The notes under the pieces are model-generated. The model had not been told where the DNA came from and searched no databases. It saw only the letters and a list, made by a program, of their open reading frames with translations. Shown here in pieces: positions 1 to 10,901 of a DNA stretch of 64,000 nt. Where the stretch lies: positions 136,774,001 through 136,838,000 of the forward strand of contig NC_058368.1 of the NCBI RefSeq assembly GCF_018350175.1. The letters are read 5' to 3'. The stretch's first letter is position 1, and every line of letters starts with the position of its first letter. This DNA is from Felis catus (taxonomy: Eukaryota). Made by a program: the position numbers and the translations under genes.

Positions 1-308
1 GAAGAAAGACCTGAAAGAGAAGACCAAAACCAAAAAACCAGGCACAAAGACCAAGTCATCTTCACCTGTCAAAAAGGGTGATGGGAAGTCTAAGCCTTCT
101 GCAGCTTCACCAAAACCAGGGGGCTTGAAAGAATCCTCAGATAAAGTGTCCAGAGTGGCTTCTCCTAAGAAGAAGGAATCTGTGGAAAAAGCAACAAAAA
201 CCACTACCACTCCGGAGGTCAAAGCTGCACGCGGGGAAGAGAAAGACAAGGACACCAAGAATGCCGCCAACGCCTCCACATCCAAATCGGTAAAGACTGC
301 AACTGCAG
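1..308 (+). CDS. MAP1B: MAP1B, 3' end of the large coding exon (exon 5 in human numbering); Lys-rich basic part of light chain LC1
   Basis: Frame from nt 2 reads KKDLKEKTKTKKPGTKTKSSSPVKK...SKSVKTATA(G), recognised as MAP1B; donor GCAG|GTAGGT at 308/309, phase 1; 5'-truncated by the window edge. Confidence 0.96.
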
Positions 309-2199
309 GTAGGTGGAAGGGTGCCAGTGTCCTGATACGGTCCACAGCTGTTCCGCCTTGACTGGAGTCTTTGAGTTGCCATGTAACTTGGTCCTGGGAA
401 GGGGAGAGGGTACATCTCTCCCTTCCCTTTTACTATTCTCTTCTGCCAAAAGGTGTGGATCTCAGCCCAACGTGGCTGCAGGCTTGAGGGTAGTGCAGCA
501 TATTGCCCAGAGCGGCTCTGATTCGCCAGGTAACCACTGTCTGGGTTTGCTCCGTCCTGCAATACAGTGACCACAGCCTTGTTCTAAATCTTCAGAACCA
601 AGGACATGTGTTTTGAAACTCCTCTGGAAGCCTGTGCTGGCACAGGCCTCAGAATCAAGCTAAGGAGCTTGGAGCACAGGCCAGGAGCTCCCAAAAGTCT
701 AGGGAGAGCCAGAGTGCCAAGCCAAGCCTGGTGTGACCGGTGTGGGCCCAAGATTTAGATTTAATTTTTTCATAAAGAATTTTTTTTTTCAGTGAAGTTA
801 TAACATTTTTAAAATAAAAGTTGTAACACTTAAAATTAAAAATTGGAAAATTTCTATTTAAAAAATCACCATTTTAGACCTACACCCACATTAAAAGCAG
901 TGCTATTTTCTTATTGGCCAGGGAACATCCTAATTTCAGCTGGTCAGTACCCAGTACAAATTGAGAGAAGAGCATCAAAGTCTCTTCTTATCCCCCTCTA
1001 ACACCACAGTCTCACTCATAGAGAGTCAGAATTCTGTTCCAGGTTGAAATTCAGTTGGCAGGAGGAGATATCCCTGACTTCTGATCATTCCTGTTGGTAA
1101 CAGTTCCCTTATTCATCAAGTTCTCAGTGATGACCTGGGTCTTCGATGGCCCAGCTTCATTTTGTTGCTTCAAACCAATCATAGGGTTTTGCATTAATAC
1201 ATTTTATTTCCTTTATGTAGTTATTCAGGGATTTTAGACCTCTATTCACAAAGTAATAAAATTGACCTAGACATGTAAAGCAAAAAATGACTTAAATAAC
1301 ATTTATTCATTTATTAGGGGAAAATCTGATAGCTGAACTGTGGGACTCTCAAATTCAGTACATTTTAAGAAGTATCACTTACAGTTGCCAAGTTTTGCTT
1401 TAAGCAACGTGGGGGATCAATTTCAAGCTTGACTTCTCGTCAGTTTTCCTCTTTGTACATGCATGCAGAAAACAAACTGAGTTTGTTCATGCTCAGAATT
1501 AATGGAAAACCACCAGGTAATTAACCTCTTGGTCTGAAAGAGTTGGCACCTGACCTGTACTTAGGGGAACACATGAAACCCTTTCAAACAGATAAAAGCC
1601 AACTGAAATTTGCTATCAAACTTGCCAAATATATACATTCTAGCCCACACAATTTTTTTTTATTTTTATTTTTTGTCATTTAAAGAGATATTCTCAAGGC
1701 CAAGTAATAAATAAAGATGAATTAATTTGAATTTACTTTTCCAAGATTTTTAAAACAACGAAACTGCATTAATTGATTTTTAAAACAAACCTGGGTTGAC
1801 TGCTGTCAGCTGCCCTCAGTTTGTGCTTCTATGAGCAGCGTTCATTTGGTGTCGATGGTAGTGATTTCGTGCGCAAGAAAAACTTGCATTTTTAATTGTT
1901 GGAACTGTAACTCACAAGCTTCTGTTATAAGTTAGAATTCTTTGATAGGCCTAAATATGGACATCCTAACGGCTTTAGCTTACATTCATTAAAGTGGCTA
2001 GGTATTCATTAAAATGAGTCCGTTTAACCAAATATCAGTTTGGCTGATTCTCATCACTCGCCTCTACAAGTAAAACTGGACAAGTGATGGAATTCACTGG
2101 TGGTTTTGACTCTGGGGTGACAGTCTTTAATGATCCTATGGAGAAAGGAAAGAGGATTAAATATATAGGATCCAGCTGGTATTTTAAATGACTTTATAG

Positions 2200-2372
2200 T
2201 AGTGGTCTCAACCCAACTGCACATTAACATCATCCGTGATGCTTTTAAAAGATGCTGGTGCTCAGACCCTGCCCCAGTCCAGTGAAACCAGATTCTGGGG
2301 TATGGGGCCTGGGCATCAGTATTAAGCTTCCTAATCGATGCTAATTATGCAGCTAGGCTGAATAACCACTGC
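2200..2372. mobile_element. MER5A-like hAT-Charlie DNA transposon fossil
   Basis: Termini tAGTGGTCTCA...TGAATAACCACTG and internal GGGGCCTGGGCATCAGTATT motif typical of MER5. Confidence 0.7.
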
Positions 2373-2504
2373 CTTAGAATGCTAGTTCTATTACTGTTTC
2401 AAAAAGTTTAAACCTTCTAACCAGAACAAGTCAGAAAACCATCTCCTCAGACAAAGGTGCCAGGAAGGTTTTGGGTTAATCTGAATCTTTACTTTGCTTG
2501 GGCT

Positions 2505-2740
2505 CTCTTTCTTTCTTTTAAATATTTATTTTGAGAGAGACAAAGGCAGAGAGAGAGAGAGTGAGTGAGCAAATGGGGGAGGGGCAGAGAGAGAGAGAGG
2601 GAGGGAGAGAGAATCCCAACCAGGCTCCCCGCTGTCAGCATAGAGCCCCATGTGGGACTCAATCCCACGAACTGTGAGATCACGACCTGAGCCAAAATCA
2701 AAAGTTGGTCACTCAACTGACTGAGCTACCAAGGTGCCCC
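2505..2740 (-). mobile_element. Can-SINE (carnivore tRNA-derived SINE) in a MAP1B intron
   Basis: Reverse GGGGCACCTTGGTAGCTCAGTCAG head, (CT)n tract, A-tail; TSD TGCTTGGGCT at 2495-2504 and 2741-2750. Confidence 0.93.
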
Positions 2741-3463
2741 TGCTTGGGCTTTCTGATTTAGACCAGGAGTTTAGACAGCCGGATTCCCCTTTCCCCAGTC
2801 TGGTATGTCTTGATTGGCTAGAGAAAGCCCAGTCTTTCCGAACCTTTCTCTTGCCAAAGTTTGGTAGCCAACCTTGCCTAGGGAGAGATGTCTCACTTTT
2901 CAGAGGACTGTGCTAGGAGAGAATACAGCATTTCATCAGTTTATGAACAAGGTTGAGTTCTGGGGGCCTTGGAGATCACAGGAGGTTAAGATCTGAATCA
3001 TTTACTAAGTCAAATGTTGGGGTTTAATATTCAGCTTTGAGTAGAGTTGTTATCGCATGAGATCCTAACATGGATTACTAACATTGCTTAACCATGGTTC
3101 ACCAAATGCAGAGGATTCCTTTTGACTTTCAAAATCTATTAGATCATTTTCCAAATTAGGGTGCACATTAGCAGCTTTTTGAGGAGGAATATTACTATCT
3201 AGTTCCATCTTTTGGGAAGGCCTTTAAACTCTCTTCCTTTCTAATGGGTTGTCCACAAAGGGAAACCATGCCATTCAACCATGTTGTATTTTCTCAAGTT
3301 GCCAGTGTTAAATGCCCTATACAAGAGAGAGAGAAATGTCCAGTGCCCCCTTTGGCATGTCCTGCATGACCTCCTTGGGGAATGAGTAGGAAAGGAGTAC
3401 CAGACCAGTGGGTCTCTTTGCATTTCTGTGACCCTGGCTTTTCTCTTTGTTTATTTACCAAAG

Positions 3464-3702
3464 GACCAGGAAACACCAAGCCCTCCAAGCCCTCAGCTGT
3501 GCCTCCAGGCCCCCCTGTGTATTTGGACCTGTGCTATATTCCCAATCACAGCAATAGTAAGAATGTTGATGTCGAATTTTTCAAGAGAGTGAGGTCATCC
3601 TACTACGTGGTGAGTGGGAATGACCCTGCTGCTGAGGAGCCCAGCCGGGCTGTCCTGGATGCCTTGTTGGAAGGGAAAGCCCAGTGGGGCAGCAACATGC
3701 AG
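3464..3702 (+). CDS. MAP1B: MAP1B penultimate exon (conserved MAP1-family C-terminal region of LC1)
   Basis: Pyrimidine tract plus ttaccaaAG|GA acceptor; encodes (G)PGNTK...VYLDLCYIPNHSNSKNVDVEFFKRVRSSYYVVSGND...GKAQWGSNMQ; donor CAG|GTAAGA; 239 nt, phase 1 to 0. Confidence 0.97.
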
Positions 3703-4405
3703 GTAAGAGCCCTGGACAGTATCTGCACTGCACATGGAGCTGTGTCCAGAGGCAGAGGGAAGGAAACGTGTTTATCGCATAAGGTGCCCCATGGGTCTGT
3801 CACACATGAGATATCCGGAGGATGAAGTGGATTTCACACAGAGGAGACAGTCTAGAATAGTATTCTTGGCACCACCAATAACCATGCCTGGGGGGAAAGC
3901 CACTTCACCATCCTAAGGCATAATTAACTTATCTACAAAATGGGCCCAAGACTACTTGCCCTTCCCCCTAATATACCAAGAATATGTGTGTATGAGTCAA
4001 AATGATATTTCCATGTGAGGGCTACTAAGGAACTGTCTTTACTACTTTGTGTTTCATGAATAGACCAAAGCTGGGGGCATGGCCATTTAGAAAATCACCT
4101 GTCCATGTGAAATCCCACAGGAGGAGCACTGCTGACATTGGTCCCCAACAGGACACTCCTAGCTCACATACATCCTAACTTGCTCTGAACCACTGTGTTA
4201 TTCTGGCTGTGACCTTCGCTTATCTCAGTTTTACCTGTGATTTTGCACTGCCACGTAGTAAAATGTATTTGCCTAATATTAACATTAAATAGAATTATTT
4301 GGTAGTTAACTATATCAAGTCCCATGAGAAGCACCCAGTGGCCTCCTAATGAATATTACATGGAATTTTTACTATTCAAACCAGTACCCACCCACCATTG
4401 CCAGC

Positions 4406-4414
4406 TGCGCGCAT

Positions 4415-4451
<37 letters not shown>
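4406..4451. repeat. (CA)n microsatellite preceded by TGCGCGCATG
   Basis: Direct reading; continuous purine-pyrimidine alternation. Confidence 0.95.
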
Positions 4452-4453
<2 letters not shown>

Positions 4454-4906
4454 TATGAATCTTTGTTCTCAGGATGAAGTATTAGTTACACACAATTGGG
4501 CAGCACTGATAACTAAAGCTTCTGGATTTAATCCTCCATATCTTTAATGCAAAATTTACCAAGTGTGTTAGAGGAAATACAAGCAATTTCACCTTAACTG
4601 AAGCCCTTCTTCTCTTACCACTAAAGAATTGAAAAACTGATGATGAGTAAAGATGAACTAATTGACTAGTCCTGAGTTGCTTTTGGTTCTAGTCTTCATC
4701 TCTCCCAGCAAAACTTCATTTTTTGCAGCTTTATTTTGATTCCTGGAAAATGTAACTTGAAAAGTCCTTTGTATGTCTGGGGAAAAACAGAAAAATTTCC
4801 TTTCTTCCCCCTTTTTCTTTTAATGGTCTAATACCTTATTATTGTCTTACTTTTTCATCTCATTTCTGGCTCTGCCCTTAAACAGGTATTTTCTCTCTCC
4901 CTGCAG

Positions 4907-5062
4907 GTAACCCTGATCCCTACCCATGACTCAGAAGTGATGAGGGAATGGTACCAAGAGACCCATGAGAAACAACAAGACCTCAACATCATGGTTTTAG
5001 CCAGCAGCAGCACAGTGGTTATGCAAGATGAATCCTTCCCTGCATGCAAGATTGAACTGTAA
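4907..5062 (+). CDS. MAP1B: MAP1B last coding exon
   Basis: ctctctccctgcAG|GTA ACC; encodes VTLIPTHDSEVMREWYQETHEKQQDLNIMVLASSSTVVMQDESFPACKIEL then TAA (5060-5062), the MAP1B C-terminus. Confidence 0.97.
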   Translation, partial: VTLIPTHDSEVMREWYQETHEKQQDLNIMVLASSSTVVMQDESFPACKIEL

Positions 5063-8000
5063 AAGCCAAGGCCAGCCACACCACAGGATTTGAACTTTGT
5101 TTCCAGAAATTCTTCAATTTGAAACCACCTTTTCTAAAACGTCAATTCATCTAAATAAGTCACCGAACTATTACCTGCCAAACGCTATACTGTGTCACGG
5201 TGATGCAAGTCACTAATATTTCTTAGTTTTTGCTGATTGCTAAGGGAAGTAACAGTATTCCCACAGTAGGGTTCAAGTTACTGCAAAATTACCTACCCCA
5301 GTTCATCTCTGCTAAACATTTGGAAACCATGCACTAGCAAACCCAACTGACTTCTGCTAGGTAGAGGCATTTGTCTTAGAGAGAGCGAGAGCGAGAGAGA
5401 GAGCGAGAGAAAGAAAGAGCGCGCGCGCACAATGAGAGAGAACACAGGAGAGAGAGAGGATGAGAAAGAAAAAGAATGCAGGAGAAGGAGACGGAATGGT
5501 AGAGTGCGGGTGAGATACCCAGAGAGAAAGAGAGAGAGCAAGGTGGGGTAAGGAGGAGAAAATAACCAACGCTTAGGTCTGCATTTTCTCAGGCAGTCTG
5601 TATTCTGTAGTCTACATACTAAACATTCTCAACTTGTGTCAGTCTGAGTCATCAAAAAGGTCTTAATTTTCTAAAACAGGTTAGCTGGAAGGAAACAAAA
5701 AGAACAAAACTCGTTATGAGGGCATGTGAGATTTTCACGCCTTAATTAAGCTCCTTCAGTTTGAAGGCTGCACACTGACATAATGTAGTGCATGTAGACT
5801 GGATGTGCGAGTGATTTGAACCCCATTCAGAACTCTCAGACTCTTCAGACACACGAGTAGATTGATCTAAGGCATGCTCCCAGCATTTGTCCACCCGGTT
5901 AGTCCACTCTGAGTCGATGAACCTGCATGCAGAAACACCCAAGTCCACCCCAATTAATAAGCAAATACCAAAGCGGTTGGGAGTACATACGGTAGACAAT
6001 TTGCCTTAGAAAGTGACTTGAATGTACAAAGATACTTGATGCACTTAATTTTTTAACGTGAGACCGCAAGTTTATAAAACATCCGTGTAGGATTATAGAT
6101 ACTCCAGTTAAAGGAGCAAGCGTGTGCGCGTGTGGGGGCCCTAGAAGCTGATCTGATTGGTGCAGTGGTTTGATGCTGAGTCACGTGTGTTGACCTCCAC
6201 CTCAGTGTACCTGTGGCCCTCAGCCAAACAAGTTGAGCCTTTCATAGCTTCTTTACTACTGCAAGTTCCAAGACTGAAATGGCTTCTATGATCAGAACTG
6301 GGAAAACAGCGAGTCTTATGGTGGAAGAGGTTCTCGGCAAGTGTACAGTATTTACCTTCCTTTGTCTTACGTTGGCTTTTTGTTTTTGTTTAGTTTTCCA
6401 TTAATTTCAGCATAATTATGGGAACAAGTGTACAGAATTTTTTTTTTTTAGATATCTGAGAACTTTTCATAGATGAACTTTTTAACAGGTGTTTTCATTT
6501 ACAGGAAAATGCAAAGAAAATTTCAAGTGACAGTCTTTTTTTTTTTTTTAAGTCTTTCATAAGACAAACAATGAAAAATGTTTTTTGAAGTTCTGGTGAG
6601 ATTGAAGTCTGATATTGCAGTAATATTTATTAAAACCCATAACTATCAGGAATAGTGATACCTCCCACCCCTTGATTCCCATAACATAAAAATCTGAATA
6701 TGTGTTATTTGAGAGTGGGGGAGAATAGCATGGTAGGCTACTTTTCTAGGCCTTTACATCACCCAGTGGTATTCTACATACTTCTTTCAAGATCTTTAAC
6801 CATGAGGTAGAAGAGCCAAGACAAGATCAAAGAACCCTAGCAAAAACTTGCTGTGGGATTTCCTTTTCTGGAAAAAAATGTAAAAGAAATAATTCATTGA
6901 AAGCAAATCAATTCCCATCTCCTACGATTCATCACGTAGAGTTCAGAGATCATTTCCATCATTGCCGTCATTGAACTATGAACCTGGAAGCCAGATCATG
7001 ATTAAAACTGACGTCAAGTTTCAAGTTACAGATCAATGCACCCAGTGTTCGGATGTGGCAAACTTCTCAGTGACAACTGTGCTGTGCTCTGTCACGTTGT
7101 GTTTCCTGCAGACTCTTAAGATCTATGGAGTAGTGAACAATGACCTCATTTTATTTTCTATGTTAGTTATTTATTTCAAAATTAACATTTTAGTTTATTT
7201 TTGTCTGATAAGTGTATGTTTTGCACTGCTAACTACTATGAGGGTTTAAACAATGCTTCTTCAGGGTCCCTTCACTGAGGACCTATGCAGTCTACTTAAT
7301 GCTGTGAATTACATTTTTCAAATGTTTTAATTTTTTTAAAATTAATATTCTATTTTTTTTAGGCTTCTCTAGAAATGCAGCTTTTATTTATTACCCCACT
7401 TCTTTCAAATCCTTAAGAACAACACATTGATAAAGGGTACAAAAACTTAACACAAAATGGAAAACTCATTGTAAAAAAATGGATTGAGTATAAACTTTAC
7501 TTCAAACTTATTTTATGAGACAACCTAAGATACTCATGATAGTAGTTATTTAATAATTAGTTATTAAGTTGAGTCAGTTGGATCCATGTAATACATGGGA
7601 AGAAAAACTGATTTCCGGCCTTCTTGCCAAATCCAGACCGCTGGTTGATTTTTCTTTGATAGAAGAGGGAATTATTTTCTGACTTCCCAAATTAAAGTTA
7701 TTTAACAGGTGCATTATTTTGCTTTTTAAAAAAAAATACAAACATTTATAGCCGATCCTCGATAATAAGCATTCTATCTTACTCTTCTTTTTTTCTTCTT
7801 CTTCTTTTTTTTTTTTTTTTGCTATGGGAGTTAATGGGAAAAATATACAAAAGCTGGCACTGGTCAGCTGGCTCTTTTTCCTATGAAATAGTTCAGTACC
7901 TTTTTCTACCCATTGTTCTCGGTGATGCCCACAGAGCTTGAGTGTACCAGGAAAATCAATTAAGTGCATTGCAGGTTTGCTCCTGTCTTTCCAGACACCT

Positions 8001-9405
8001 TTCCTACCTGTGTGACTAACCTAATTTTGCTAGTTCCATAAATACACAATTAGTTTAGTAACACCCATCACAATGTACCATGTACATTCATGGTGAGAGC
8101 TAAGGATTGACACAGACTTCTAGGAGCTTTATTCATACTGATTCTTTAATCCAATTGTACAGATTGAGTATTTGCGTGAAAGGAATTTACACTCTGTTTA
8201 AATGATGAGACTCCATCAAGAGGACACTCATGATCATGAACTTTTTGGTAGTATTCTTAAGCAAAATTCTACAGAGACTAAATGTTAGAGATGATCCTCC
8301 ACTTCCAATTTTAATGAATTCTATCCCCTTTCTCAAAACCCAATCCCCGTGCATGCTTTCTCAGTCTTGTGGTGGGACTGGATACAATGACTGACCCCCC
8401 CCCCCCATGCCATTTTCCATGAAGTTCAAAAAAAAAATTTTTTTTTAAACCTTACATATCCTAGTGGATGGTTTCCCCAGTGTATATGAATGTTTTAAGT
8501 GTCTCCAATAGCTTATGCAGTTTAGGAGCTTTTCAATACTCATTTAATAAGATTCAGTCATTTGCTAATGAAAATTCTACCACCTTCCATTTTCTGTTAC
8601 CAAATTTCAGCTCTCAGGAGCTGCTCTATAATTCTGAAATTGCTTTTCTTGCCTCTTTAGTCACCTGTCACAGGAGGTTCTTGCTCGGTAATGATATTGT
8701 GAGTTAGATTAATAAGTTGTTTCTTCTGTTTTTTTTTAATTTTATTTTTTTATTTTTTGTGTGCTTCAGATTTAGAAGATTTGTTTCCATTTGAAAGGAA
8801 CTGTAAGCTTTTATCTTCTAACCCACTGAACAACACACCAAAAGCAGCCTAGGGACGAGCATTTCTTTGAAAGCAATTAGGTTATTCACCTGGTATTCAA
8901 ACTATTTACTATTTTAAGAATCTGACTTTATTAATTTAAAAGGCAGCATCAAAAACTGAAAAGGAAGGGAAAAAAATAAGTAGCTTCTCTGCACTCGTTT
9001 GGAGCTCCCCAAATGGGAGCCATCAAGATGAGGCATCAAGACCGGGCTGCCCTTTCAAGAACACCATGCAGCGGCCGTTCAGAGTCCTGCTTACCCACGC
9101 TGTACGCAGCCCTCTTTCCGGCCCCGGAAAGTCTTGAGCCTGGCTGAGAAGCACCTCCACTCCTCTCTCTTGTTCTGAATGGTGTTTGTGTCAGTCTGCA
9201 GCTGTGTATGGTATTATGTCTTATAATCCTGCATCACTTCTATCCTATCCAGTCATATCTAATGTAGAAAATTAGTTTTCAGTGAAAGTAATATGTAGTG
9301 CTTTTATGATATTTGTGTGCAATATCCCCTCTTCCATTGAGGATATTTGATGTAAAAGAAAAAAAAACTCAGTTCCACAATAAAATACAAAAGTGGCAAA
9401 AGTTC
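5063..9405 (+). other. MAP1B: MAP1B long 3'UTR (~4.3 kb)
   Basis: Runs from the stop codon to AATAAA at 9379; U-rich, no interspersed repeat recognised; end position approximate. Confidence 0.85.
5378..5560 (+). repeat. GA-rich low-complexity tract with a (GC)n core in the MAP1B 3'UTR
   Basis: GAGAGCGAGA repeats, GCGCGCGCGC, (GA)n. Confidence 0.85.
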
Positions 9406-9432
9406 ATGTGTGTGCTGTGCTGTCTTTTGTGT
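9379..9432 (+). terminator. MAP1B: MAP1B distal polyadenylation signal with GU-rich downstream element
   Basis: AATAAA 9379-9384, upstream TGTA motifs (9294, 9351), then TGTGTGTGCTGTGCTGTCTTTTGTGT. Confidence 0.85.
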
Positions 9433-10788
9433 CCTGAGTCGGGCTCATCAGTTGGGATTTGCCACCCACAGTAGGGGGTGGGGGGGAGGGTGGGGGGGAC
9501 ACATTCATTCATGAGGGCTGATTGTCTTTTCAGCGGCCCCCTGGCTTTTGGCAAATTGCAGAGAGGGCCTTGCTACCATTTCAGTAACTGCTAACATCAT
9601 TCCCTTTTCTAACCAACCCCTAGAGAATGTTGGGGCCTAAGGACAGAAAATGGGAGGTGAAGGAAAAAGATAATTACCATTACTGCTTAAGAAGAACAAG
9701 TAAATAGACCAGTGTAGATGAAGGGGTTATTGGGAGGGCTTCCTATACAAAGCAAAAAGCAGGTTTTGATCTTAACTCTGCCACAGCCAGCGGCCTGACC
9801 TCAGTCACTTTATCTGTCAGAAGTTCCTTTACTTACCTGTAAAATGAGAGGATTTGACAGGATGGTCAAACTGGATAAATCCCTCCCGAGACTGACTTTC
9901 TGGGGCTCTACAAAGCCATCATATTCAGTAATTACATCCAATACCTTATCTCCCTCTTGCTTTCTTGTTCAGTTACAGAATAGGCTTATATAACTAACAT
10001 AATACTCTGTGGATTTGACTGACACCCAAGAACTAAAAGCTGTTTAGGAAAAGTGATTATAAATAACAAAGGGTATCTGAAAAAAGAAGGAATTCCTCTT
10101 AGTCATTCAAATGATCATTGTACCTTCACTCTACCCAGTGGTGGGTAATACTGTGGGGATAAAACGTAAGTGCTGCCCTAAACTGACTGGAGTGACAGGC
10201 TTCTGAAATTCAAGGGTGCGCCTTGGTGACAAAGGAGGAGCACCAGAAGTGATGTCTGAGACCTGGAGTGTGCGTGCATGTGACAGCACATTCTAGACAG
10301 AGGCAACAGCTCACACAAAGGAGCAGGAGCAGTTATGTTGGGCAGCTCACTCAGCTCACATCGGCAGAGTATAGAGTAGGAGGCCTTGGCATCTCCATTT
10401 CCCCCATGTGGCCAGAGAAAATATGCCCACGAATGCTCAGCAGAGATCTCCAGGACACGGTCCTGTCTTCAGAGATGATCCTTTGGACTCAAAAGGCTAT
10501 AGCATCCTGTCCTGAGTCATAACGACGTCCCTTTGTTACATACACTCCTTTTGATCTTAATATTGTGTCTCCAAAAAACTATGGGACTTTACTGACTGGC
10601 CCCATTAGAAGTTGCTGTTTGGCAGAAGGAACTCGGAAATGCCTCCAGAAGTTCAAGGGTTAAGCAGGTGAGAACTCAGGATGGAAAATCATCATCAAGA
10701 GGTTTTAATTACATCGGTCATACTAAACATAGTTATTTTCTATTCCACTGCCCAACTATTCAGTTCCAGGAAGTGTCTGGCCAGATCC

Positions 10789-10901
10789 TAGGGTGCGGGA
10801 CCATGTGGGTTAGCCCAGGTCTGCCCTAGTTTGGGCACTGCAAGTCCTGTGTCTCAGGAAGGCGGCAGTCCCAGGGAACCCCCCAACTGTTGTTCACACT
10901 C
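10789..10901. mobile_element. MER81-like hAT-Blackjack MITE fossil
   Basis: Starts TAGGGTG, contains GCACTGCAAGTCCTGTGTCTCAGGAA...CAGTCCCAGG, ends GTTGTTCACACT; ~113 bp, resembles the recalled MER81 consensus. Confidence 0.55.

Noticed and set aside
137..574. 145-aa antisense ORF over the MAP1B exon/intron boundary
   Set aside because: Non-ATG start, no recognisable domain; explained as the shadow of a coding exon plus GC-rich intron
3382..3825. 147-aa ORF as a standalone gene
   Set aside because: Only 3464-3702 is MAP1B-like and it is bounded by splice sites; the flanks are intronic
7574..7969. 131-aa antisense ORF in the MAP1B 3'UTR
   Set aside because: Driven by T-rich low-complexity sequence (poly-K/E); no coding signature
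8414..8424. TTC-CAT-GAA, a Roquin CDE-like triloop
   Set aside because: The stem is only ~4 bp with no lower stem; too short for a credible CDE
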